Shown piece by piece: positions 28,023-35,241 of a stretch of DNA of 35,241 bases. The notes under the pieces were generated by a model. That model worked only from the letters and a program-made list of their open reading frames with translations. It searched no databases and had not been told where the DNA came from. The translations under genes and the position numbers were made by a program. The DNA comes from an uncultured Streptococcus sp. (GTDB lineage Bacteria; Bacillota; Bacilli; Lactobacillales; Streptococcaceae). The stretch's first letter is position 1; each line of letters begins with the position of its first letter. The stretch lies in contig CABTAV010000001.1 in NCBI GenBank assembly GCA_902482895.1, positions 1 through 35,241 on the forward strand, read 5' to 3'.

Positions 28023-30683
28023 ATGAAAACTACAAAAGAAAGATTAGCAATAGCTATTCATACATCTTTAAACGAAACTCTATCTTTTTATAAGACAAGT
28101 CTAACAGGATTGACTGAGGAGCAGGTGGAGAAAAATCGTGACCTATATGGCGAAAATACCATCACAAAGGGTCAAGAAGACAGTATCCTCAAAAAGATTT
28201 ACGAATCCATTATCAATCCTTTTACGATCATCTTACTGGTCATCGCCGTGATTTCCTTGGTGACCAATGTCTGGTTGGCAAAACCAGGTCAAGAGGATCC
28301 GACGACTTCTATTATCATCGTTGTCCTAGTCCTCATTTCTGGTGGCATACGCTTTGTCCAAGAACTCCGTAGTGATAAGGCTGCGACCAATCTATCAAAA
28401 ATGATTGTCAACACAGCGACTGTCATTCGTCAAGGAGAAATCCAAGAAGTACCTATCGATGATTTGGTAGTGGGTGACGTGGTTAAATTAAGCGCTGGAG
28501 ACATGATTCCAGCAGATCTTCTTTTATTTGAGTCGCGCGATTTCTTTGTCCAACAGTCGGGCTTGACAGGCGAAAGTGATTCTGTTGAAAAATTGGCCTT
28601 GACCAAGGCAACAGTTCAACAATCTGATAGTCTGCTAGAAGCAGAAGCGCTCGCCTTTATGGGAACCAATGTCTTATCTGGTAGTGCCAAGGCCGTGGTT
28701 TTAGCAGTTGGTGATGATACCATGATGGGGGCCATTGAGCAGACTTTGAACACCTATGATGAGCCTACTTCGTTTGAACGGGAGATGAATAGTATTTCGT
28801 GGCTCTTGATTCGTTTGATGCTGGTCATGGTGCCCATCGTTTTCTTGTCCAATGGTTTAACAGATGGTGACTGGCTGGAAGCTGGCGTATTTGCTTTGAG
28901 TGTTGGTGTTGGATTGACACCTGAGATGCTTCCTATGATTATCACGGCCAGTCTAGCAAAAGGCTCCATCATTATGGCCAAGGAAAAAGTGGTTATCAAG
29001 AAACTCAATGCCATACAGGACTTAGGGGCGATTGATATTTTGTGTACAGATAAGACAGGAACTCTAACCCAAGACGAAATTGTCCTTGAATATCCCTTGG
29101 ACATCCACGGACGCTTGGATTTGACCGTCTTGAGACGAGCTTATCTCAATTCTTATTTTCAAACGGGCTTGAAAAATTTGATGGACAGAGCCATCATCAA
29201 ACGGACTGAAAAGGAAGCCAAAGAACACGCCCTCTTACAAAATCTGGCTCAAACTTTTCAAAAAATAGATGAGCTTCCCTTTGATTTTGAACGTAGACGG
29301 ATGAGTGTTATCGTTAAGGATGAACACGAAGTTGTTAGTTTGGTAACCAAGGGTGCCCTAGAGGAAATGTTGACGATTTCCAGTTATGCGGAATACCAAG
29401 GAGTGATTACTCCCTTGACAGATGTTATTAGAGAAGAAATTTTAGCAGAAGTCAGACAACTAAATCAACAAGGTTTGCGTGTCTTGGGAGTGGCCTATAA
29501 GTCAGGTTTGAGGGAAGGCCATGCCTATACAGTTGATGATGAAGGGGATATGATTCTAACTGGTTATTTAGCCTTCCTAGATCCTCCTAAACCATCTGCA
29601 GCACCAGCAATTAAGGCTCTGTTAGAACATGGAGTTCAAACAAAAATTTTGACGGGAGACAACGAAAAAGTTACTCAAGCAGTCTGTGAAAAGGTTGGTT
29701 TGGATATCAATCAGATACTGTTAGGATCTGAAATTGATCAGATGAGTGATCAAGAATTGGCCCAAGCAGTAGAGGAGGTAACAGTATTTGCCAAACTTTC
29801 TCCTGACCAAAAAGCGAGGATTATTTTGCAATTTAAGGCCAATGGTCATGCTGTAGGCTATATGGGAGATGGGATCAATGATGCTCCTTCTATGAAAGTT
29901 GCAGATGTGGGGATTTCTGTTGATACAGCAGTAGATATTGCCAAAGAAACGGCTGATGTTATCCTACTTGATAAGGATCTCATGGTGCTTGAAAAAGGAC
30001 TTGTTGAAGGTCGTAAGGTCTATGCCAATATGACTAAATATATCAAAATGACAGTGAGTTCTAATTTTGGAAATATCTTATCCCTATTGGTCTCTGGAAT
30101 CTTTTTGCCATTTTTACCAATGGCACCAGTCCATTTGATTATCCTAAATCTAGTCTATGATTTGTCTTGTATTGCCTTGCCTTTTGACAAGGTGGATAAA
30201 GATTTTTTGAGAAATCCGCATACCTGGGAAGCTAAGTCCATCACACGTTTCATGATTTGGATGGGACCTATCTCTTCTGCCTTTGATATTTTGACCTTCA
30301 GTTTGCTTTATTTTATCATTGTACCCATGACAACAGGTCAAGCTTATGTTCATGGGGCAGAGTCTGCCGTAGGTTTTATTGTCTTGTTTCAGACAGGTTG
30401 GTTTATCGAGTCCATGTGGTCACAGACCATGGTTATCCATATGCTACGTTCAGCTAAAATTCCCTTTTTACAAAGTCGTCCAGCTTGGCTAGTCCTTGTG
30501 ACAACCTTATTGGCTGCAGCCTTTGTGACCTTCCTTCCCTACAGTCCACTCGCAATCCTACTTCATCTAACTCCTTTAAAACCGATTTATTTCATCTTTT
30601 TACTTTTCATCATTATTTTGTATATGATTAGCGTGACAATTGTGAAAAAAATCTATATCAAGAAATATCAAGAATGGCTGTAA
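28023..30683 (+). CDS. mgtA: Magnesium-translocating P-type ATPase (P3B)
   Basis: TGES, PEMLP, DKTGT, MGDGIND; MgtA-type SSNFGN and FQTGWFIES; M-box upstream. Confidence 0.93.
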   Translation: MKTTKERLAIAIHTSLNETLSFYKTSLTGLTEEQVEKNRDLYGENTITKGQEDSILKKIYESIINPFTIILLVIAVISLVTNVWLAKPGQEDPTTSIIIVVLVLISGGIRFVQELRSDKAATNLSKMIVNTATVIRQGEIQEVPIDDLVVGDVVKLSAGDMIPADLLLFESRDFFVQQSGLTGESDSVEKLALTKATVQQSDSLLEAEALAFMGTNVLSGSAKAVVLAVGDDTMMGAIEQTLNTYDEPTSFEREMNSISWLLIRLMLVMVPIVFLSNGLTDGDWLEAGVFALSVGVGLTPEMLPMIITASLAKGSIIMAKEKVVIKKLNAIQDLGAIDILCTDKTGTLTQDEIVLEYPLDIHGRLDLTVLRRAYLNSYFQTGLKNLMDRAIIKRTEKEAKEHALLQNLAQTFQKIDELPFDFERRRMSVIVKDEHEVVSLVTKGALEEMLTISSYAEYQGVITPLTDVIREEILAEVRQLNQQGLRVLGVAYKSGLREGHAYTVDDEGDMILTGYLAFLDPPKPSAAPAIKALLEHGVQTKILTGDNEKVTQAVCEKVGLDINQILLGSEIDQMSDQELAQAVEEVTVFAKLSPDQKARIILQFKANGHAVGYMGDGINDAPSMKVADVGISVDTAVDIAKETADVILLDKDLMVLEKGLVEGRKVYANMTKYIKMTVSSNFGNILSLLVSGIFLPFLPMAPVHLIILNLVYDLSCIALPFDKVDKDFLRNPHTWEAKSITRFMIWMGPISSAFDILTFSLLYFIIVPMTTGQAYVHGAESAVGFIVLFQTGWFIESMWSQTMVIHMLRSAKIPFLQSRPAWLVLVTTLLAAAFVTFLPYSPLAILLHLTPLKPIYFIFLLFIIILYMISVTIVKKIYIKKYQEWL

Positions 30684-30743
30684 ATTTCATTTTGTCAAGA
30701 AAAAAGTACGAAAATGACGAAAAAAGTCAAAAAAATTTAAAAA

Positions 30744-30777
30744 TAGGTCGCAAGTCGGATGTTTTTTATGGTATAAT
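30744..30777 (+). promoter_or_regulatory. spxA2 extended -10 with possible LiaR/CesR-like box
   Basis: TGgTATAAT at 30769-30777; TAGGTCGCAAGTCGGA (30744-30759) fits T-N4-C-N4-G-N4-A, a weak match. Confidence 0.4.
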
Positions 30778-30818
30778 AGACTAAACTGATAGTAACATGT
30801 AGCGAAAGGGGTAGGTAC

Positions 30819-31217
30819 ATGATTAAAATTTATACAGTCTCAAGTTGTACTAGCTGTAAAAAAGCAAAAACCTGGCTCAATGCCCACCAGTTAAGTTATA
30901 AAGAACAAAACCTTGGTAAAGAAGGAATTACGAGAGAAGAATTACTGGATATTCTAACCAAAACAGATAACGGAATAGCCAGCATCGTTTCGTCTAAAAA
31001 TCGCTATGCCAAAGCCCTTGGAGTGGATATTGAAGATTTGAGTGTCAATGAAGTCCTCAATCTGATTATGGAAACACCGAGAATTTTAAAGAGCCCAATC
31101 CTTGTGGATGAAAAACGCCTGCAAGTTGGCTATAAGGAAGACGATATTCGTGCCTTCCTACCACGCTCTGTCCGTAATGTAGAAAATGCAGAAGCACGTT
31201 TGCGTGCAGCTCTATAA
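30819..31217 (+). CDS. spxA2: Spx-family transcriptional regulator
   Basis: CTSC redox motif; SPI instead of RPI, typical of SpxA2. Confidence 0.9.
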   Translation: MIKIYTVSSCTSCKKAKTWLNAHQLSYKEQNLGKEGITREELLDILTKTDNGIASIVSSKNRYAKALGVDIEDLSVNEVLNLIMETPRILKSPILVDEKRLQVGYKEDDIRAFLPRSVRNVENAEARLRAAL

Positions 31218-31222
31218 ACATC

Positions 31223-31258
31223 AAGGCTGGGAGCAATTCCCAGTCTTATTCTATTTTA
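31223..31258 (+). terminator. Terminator after spxA2
   Basis: AAGGCTGGGA-gcaat-TCCCAGTCTT plus T-rich tail. Confidence 0.65.
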
Positions 31259-31282
31259 ATTTCAAAAAGAAAGAAGAGAGAA

Positions 31283-31852
31283 ATGAAAAGAATTGTTCTT
31301 GTTAGCCTAGCTTTCCTTTTTGTCCTGGTTGGTTGCGGACAGAAAAAAGAAACTGGAACAGCTACAAAAACAGAAAAGGATACGCTTCAGTCGGCATTGC
31401 CAGTTATTGAAAATGCTGAGAAGAATACAGTTGTAACCAAGACTTTGGTTTTGCCGAAATCAGATGATGGCAGCCAGCAAACCCAAACCATTACTTATAA
31501 AGACAAGACTTTTTTGAACCTAACCATCCAACAAAAGCGTCCAGTATCAGATGATTTGAAGACCTATATTGACCAACATGGAGTGGAAGAAACTCAAAAA
31601 GCTCTTCTCGAGGCGGAGGAGAAGGATGAATCCATCATAGAAGCTCGTAAATTGGCAGGTTTTAAGCTTGAAACCAAATTATTAAGTGCAACAGAACTTC
31701 AAACAACGACTAGTTTTGATTTTCAAGTTTTGGATGTCAAGAAGGCTTCTCAGTTAGAATATTTGAAGAACATTGGTTTAGAAAATCTCTTGAAGAATGA
31801 ACCAAGCAAATATATTTCAGACAGATTGGCAAATGGTGCGACAGAACAGTAG
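31283..31852 (+). CDS. Conserved lipoprotein (SP0191-like)
   Basis: Signal peptide II with lipobox LVGC. Confidence 0.8.
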   Translation: MKRIVLVSLAFLFVLVGCGQKKETGTATKTEKDTLQSALPVIENAEKNTVVTKTLVLPKSDDGSQQTQTITYKDKTFLNLTIQQKRPVSDDLKTYIDQHGVEETQKALLEAEEKDESIIEARKLAGFKLETKLLSATELQTTTSFDFQVLDVKKASQLEYLKNIGLENLLKNEPSKYISDRLANGATEQ

Positions 31853-31879
31853 AAAATCCAAATAAATAGACTGCCTGAA

Positions 31880-31908
31880 TTGTAGAACGTAAGGAATTAT
31901 GCTATAAT
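31880..31908 (+). promoter_or_regulatory. Promoter of the ireB operon
   Basis: TTGTAG-17-TATAAT with TG extension. Confidence 0.7.
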
Positions 31909-31938
31909 GGTACTATTCTAAGGAAAGAGGGTGTTAGA

Positions 31939-32205
31939 ATGGGATTTACTGAAGAAACAGTACGTTTTAAATTGGACGATTCCAATAAAAAAGAAATTAG
32001 CGAAACTTTGACTGATGTTTATGCTTCGTTGAACGATAAGGGCTACAACCCAATTAACCAAATCGTAGGTTACGTATTGAGTGGAGACCCTGCCTACGTT
32101 CCTCGTTATAATAATGCACGAAATCAAATCCGTAAGTATGAGCGTGATGAAATCGTTGAGGAATTGGTTCGCTACTACCTAAAAGGACAAGGAGTCGATC
32201 TATAA
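31939..32205 (+). CDS. ireB: IreB/ReoM family regulatory phosphoprotein (UPF0297)
   Basis: [20 protein letters not shown] signature. Confidence 0.93.
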
Positions 32206-32208
32206 TCT

Positions 32209-32628
32209 ATGAGAATTATGGGATTGGACGTCGGTTCAAAAACGGTAGGGGTGGCCATTAGCGATCCGCTCGGTTTTACAGCTCAAGGGCTTGAAATCAT
32301 TCAAATCAATGAGGAACAAGGTCAATTTGGTTTTGACCGCGTTAAGGAGTTGGTTGATACTTACAAGGTGGAACGATTTGTAGTGGGCTTGCCTAAAAAC
32401 ATGAACAATACAAGCGGACCGCGCGTGGAAGCTAGTCAAGCCTACGGAGCAAAGTTAGAAGAGCTTTTTGGTTTACCAGTAGACTATCAAGATGAACGCT
32501 TGACAACAGTTGCCGCAGAGCGCATGTTGATCGAGCAAGCAGATATCAGTCGTAATAAGCGCAAGAAAGTCATTGATAAGTTAGCAGCTCAGCTGATTTT
32601 ACAAAATTATTTAGATAGAAAATTTTAA
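32209..32628 (+). CDS. ruvX: YqgF/RuvX family pre-16S rRNA nuclease / putative resolvase
   Basis: [26 protein letters not shown]. Confidence 0.93.
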   Translation: MRIMGLDVGSKTVGVAISDPLGFTAQGLEIIQINEEQGQFGFDRVKELVDTYKVERFVVGLPKNMNNTSGPRVEASQAYGAKLEELFGLPVDYQDERLTTVAAERMLIEQADISRNKRKKVIDKLAAQLILQNYLDRKF

Positions 32629-32643
32629 TACAAAGGAGAGGCT

Positions 32644-32949
32644 ATGTCACACGATCATAACCACGACCACGAAGAACGTGAATTAATCACACTAGTAGAT
32701 GAACAAGGAAATGAAACCTTGTTTGAAATCCTTTTGACCATTGACGGAAAAGAAGAATTTGGTAAAAACTATGTTCTTCTAGTACCAGTTAACGCAGAAG
32801 AAGACGAAGACGGACAAGTTGAAATCCAAGCTTACTCATTCATCGAAAACGAAGATGGAACAGAAGGTGAATTGCAACCAATCCCAGAAGACTCGGAAGA
32901 CGAATGGAACATGATTGAAGAAGTCTTCAACAGCTTTATGGAGGAGTAA
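32644..32949 (+). CDS. DUF1292 (UPF0473) protein
   Basis: Acidic 101 aa, [10 protein letters not shown]...IEEVFNSF; conserved third gene after ireB-ruvX. Confidence 0.88.
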   Translation: MSHDHNHDHEERELITLVDEQGNETLFEILLTIDGKEEFGKNYVLLVPVNAEEDEDGQVEIQAYSFIENEDGTEGELQPIPEDSEDEWNMIEEVFNSFMEE

Positions 32950-33125
32950 AAACATCCAGTGGATGTTTTTAGCCCAGCTCTTTGTAACAAGAGAGAACTG
33001 GTGTGTTCAGTGAACATTTTTACCCTTACGCTAAAAATAAAGACCGTAAGTAAGTCTGGGAGACTGTATCAGCCCAACTCCCAGAAATTGGGAAGAGTTG
33101 GGACATTCAGTGGATGTTTTACCCC
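32947..33125. repeat. Tandem array of four ~50-nt palindromic units
   Basis: Hairpin loops at 32958, 33009, 33058 and 33109, each followed by a T-rich linker ending A(G/C)CC; see findings. Confidence 0.7.
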
Positions 33126-33167
33126 ACGTTAATATTCATAGTAGCTAGTTATTAGCTAACCAGGTGA

Positions 33168-33199
33168 GAGGTCGGGACGAAAATCCTGGCCTCGTTTTT
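33168..33199 (+). terminator. Intrinsic terminator closing the ireB operon/array
   Basis: GAGGTCGGGA-cgaaaa-TCCTGGCCTC-GTTTTT. Confidence 0.7.
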
Positions 33200-33256
33200 G
33201 TTAGTTATGAGACTTTATTGAGGCAGTTGATTGAACCTGTAATTAAGGAGAGGTAT

Positions 33257-34507
33257 ATGTTTGAAGTAGAAGAATGGCTTCATAGTCGGATTGGTTTGAA
33301 TTTTCGATCAGGTTTGGGCCGAATGCAAGAAGCGGTGGATTTGTTAGGAAATCCTGAGAAGTCTTATCCTATTATCCATGTGACAGGGACTAATGGGAAA
33401 GGTTCTACCATTGCTTTTATGAGGGGAATATTTATGGGGCATGGAAAGAAAGTTGCGACCTTTACCTCCCCTCATATTGTCTCCGTCAATGACCGAATCT
33501 GCATTAATGGACAACCTATAGCAGACGCAGACTTTATCCGTTTAGCTGAGCAGGTCAAGGAAATGGAGAAAACGCTTCTGCAAACCCATGATCAGTTGTC
33601 TTTTTTTGAATTGCTGACCTTGATTGCTTTTCTCTATTTTAGGGATCAAGAGGTGGATTTGGTTTTACTAGAAGTGGGAATTGGTGGCTTACTTGATACG
33701 ACCAATGTGGTAACTGGAGAGCTTGCTGTCATCACCTCCATTGGGCTTGACCACCAGGAGACCTTGGGCGATAGTCTAGAAGCAATCGCAGAGCAGAAAG
33801 CTGGTATTTTCAAGACTGGTAAGAAGGCAGTGATTGCAAAATTGCCTTCAGAAGCTAGTCTTGTTTGTCAGAAAAAAGCCGAATCTTTAGCTGTTGACCT
33901 TTATCAGGCAGGCCAAGATTTTTCAATGCTGAATGGCGATTTTTCAAGTTCTTTACTAAATATTTCGCGGCTGAAAATAGGTTTAGAAGGAGCTTATCAG
34001 CAGGAGAATGCGGCCTTGGCGTTGCAAACTTTTCTTCTTTTTATGGGAGAAAGAAAGGAAGTTGTTGATGAGCAGGCTGTAAGACGAGCTTTGGAGAAGA
34101 CCCATTGGGCTGGACGTTTGGAGCGTATTCGTTCTCATATCTACTTGGACGGTGCCCATAATCTCCCTGCCTTGACTCGCTTGGTTGAATTTATTAAAGA
34201 AAAAGAGCAGGAAGGACATCGTCCTCAAATCCTATTTGGAGCCTTAAAACGTAAAGATTATCAAGGGATGTTGGGTTATCTGACTGAAAATTTACCTCAG
34301 GTGGAACTCAAGGTGACTGGTTTTGACTATCAAGGTTCTCTGGACGAGACAGATGTAACAGGTTACGATATAGTTCCTTCTTACCGAGAATTTATTAGCA
34401 GTTTTGAAGAAAGAGCCGACGCGCAGGACTTGTTGTTCATTACAGGGTCTCTCTATTTTATCTCAGAAGTACGAATCCACATACTGGGGCATGAGCAGAT
34501 AAATTGA
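33257..34507 (+). CDS. folC: Folylpolyglutamate synthase / dihydrofolate synthase
   Basis: HVTGTNGKGS, FTSPH, EVGIGG..DTTN, DGAHN, TGSLY; RBS AAGGAGAGG before ATG 33257. Confidence 0.93.
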   Translation: MFEVEEWLHSRIGLNFRSGLGRMQEAVDLLGNPEKSYPIIHVTGTNGKGSTIAFMRGIFMGHGKKVATFTSPHIVSVNDRICINGQPIADADFIRLAEQVKEMEKTLLQTHDQLSFFELLTLIAFLYFRDQEVDLVLLEVGIGGLLDTTNVVTGELAVITSIGLDHQETLGDSLEAIAEQKAGIFKTGKKAVIAKLPSEASLVCQKKAESLAVDLYQAGQDFSMLNGDFSSSLLNISRLKIGLEGAYQQENAALALQTFLLFMGERKEVVDEQAVRRALEKTHWAGRLERIRSHIYLDGAHNLPALTRLVEFIKEKEQEGHRPQILFGALKRKDYQGMLGYLTENLPQVELKVTGFDYQGSLDETDVTGYDIVPSYREFISSFEERADAQDLLFITGSLYFISEVRIHILGHEQIN

Positions 34508-34532
34508 CCTCCTTTTTTGAACTTGTTATACT
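34504..34532 (+). promoter_or_regulatory. Sigma-A promoter
   Basis: TTGACC-17-TATACT with TG extension. Confidence 0.75.
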
Positions 34533-34591
34533 AGGGGAACTGCCAGTTAGAAGGAACATTCTCTACATTGGTAGCAGAAAGGAAATTCATC

Positions 34592-35044
34592 ATGAAATTA
34601 AAAAGATTCACACTTTCTCTTGCTTCTTTAGCAAGTCTTAGTCTCTTAGTAGCTTGTTCACAAAGAGTTCAACAACCAGTAGTTCAATCGCAAACACAAC
34701 AAACTCAACAATCACAAGCTGCTTTATCTTCTACAGAAAATACAAATCAGGCAGCGACAAGTTCTTCACAAAATGCGCCTGAGGCTCAACCAACTAATAT
34801 TGATGGGACTTATACTGGTCAGGACGAAGGAGACCGTATCACTTTAGTGGTAACTGGAACAACTGGCACCTGGACACAGGTAGAAACTGATGGGGAACAA
34901 GAAATCAAGCAGGTTAGCTTCGACGCTGCTAATCAACGCATGATTATTGGTGATGATGCCAAGATTTATGCAATCAATGGCAATCAGATGATTATTGACG
35001 ATATGGATAGAGACGCGTCTGATCGCATTGTTTTATCAAAATAG
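34592..35044 (+). CDS. Lipoprotein with Gln/Ser/Thr-rich linker (SP_0198-like)
   Basis: Lipobox LVAC, low-complexity linker, beta-rich C-terminal domain; RBS GAAAGGA. Confidence 0.82.
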   Translation: MKLKRFTLSLASLASLSLLVACSQRVQQPVVQSQTQQTQQSQAALSSTENTNQAATSSSQNAPEAQPTNIDGTYTGQDEGDRITLVVTGTTGTWTQVETDGEQEIKQVSFDAANQRMIIGDDAKIYAINGNQMIIDDMDRDASDRIVLSK

Positions 35045-35050
35045 ACTAGA

Positions 35051-35077
35051 AGGAGACTGGTTTTGTCAGTCTCTTTT
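35051..35077 (+). terminator. Intrinsic terminator
   Basis: AGGAGACTGG-ttttg-TCAGTCTCTTTT. Confidence 0.75.
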
Positions 35078-35163
35078 GCTTTTACTCAGAAAAATGATTA
35101 TAAATACTTGCCTTCTATCGAATACCTGAGTTATACTAGTATCAATTACCTGTTTTTAGCATT

Positions 35164-35241
35164 CATACTCTTCGAAAATCTCTTCAAACCACGTCAGCTT
35201 CCATCTGCAACCTCAAAACAGTGTTTTGAGCAACCTGCGGC
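35164..35241 (+). repeat. BOX element (short boxA/boxB, start of boxC), truncated by the window end
   Basis: ATACTCTTCGAAAATCTCTTCAAACCACGTCAG (boxA), CAACCTCAAAACAGTGTTTTGAG (boxB), CAACCTGCGGC (boxC start). Confidence 0.9.

Noticed and set aside
32947..33125. CRISPR array
   Set aside because: Repeats are too divergent, the spacers are themselves hairpins, and no cas genes or leader are present; kept as a structured repeat instead
33164..33256. N-terminal extension of folC from the ORF track
   Set aside because: Spans a terminator hairpin; the strong RBS is at ATG 33257. Upstream starts were trimmed likewise for azlC, rgg, yesM, nrdI, lytTR, uvrA and others

Overview
Core chromosomal segment of a Streptococcus mitis-group organism. 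Gene order resembles the pneumococcal azlC-gshT-metQ...hexB-ruvA...uvrA-spxA2-folC region, but no riboflavin operon lies between hexB and ruvA. Contents: a CAAX protease, a decayed Rgg fragment and an orphan bacteriocin-immunity gene; azlCD; the sulfur cluster gshT, metQ, M20 peptidase, metN, metP with LysR-type operators; an AT-rich Rgg+MFS islet flanked by a 238-bp duplication of the metP 3' end; an MptD-like protein; YesL/YesM/YesN (TCS07-like); nrdI; a LytTR/DUF3021 pair; hexB, ruvA, tag; a SemiSWEET; an S66 peptidase; DUF1129; corA; uvrA; pepP; an M-box-controlled mgtA; spxA2; ireB-ruvX-DUF1292; folC; two lipoproteins; and a BOX element. Most notable is the mgtA leader: after the M-box riboswitch and its terminator comes a 23-codon acidic/Pro leader ORF with a strong RBS, overlapping two mutually exclusive 18-bp hairpins, one of which hides the mgtA RBS and AUG. 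This suggests an MgtL-like translational attenuator stacked behind a riboswitch. Also notable are the integrase-free Rgg-MFS islet, whose flanking repeats differ only at synonymous sites, and a ~50-nt-period array of covarying hairpins before folC. All family calls are by motif recognition and memory; no searches were run.
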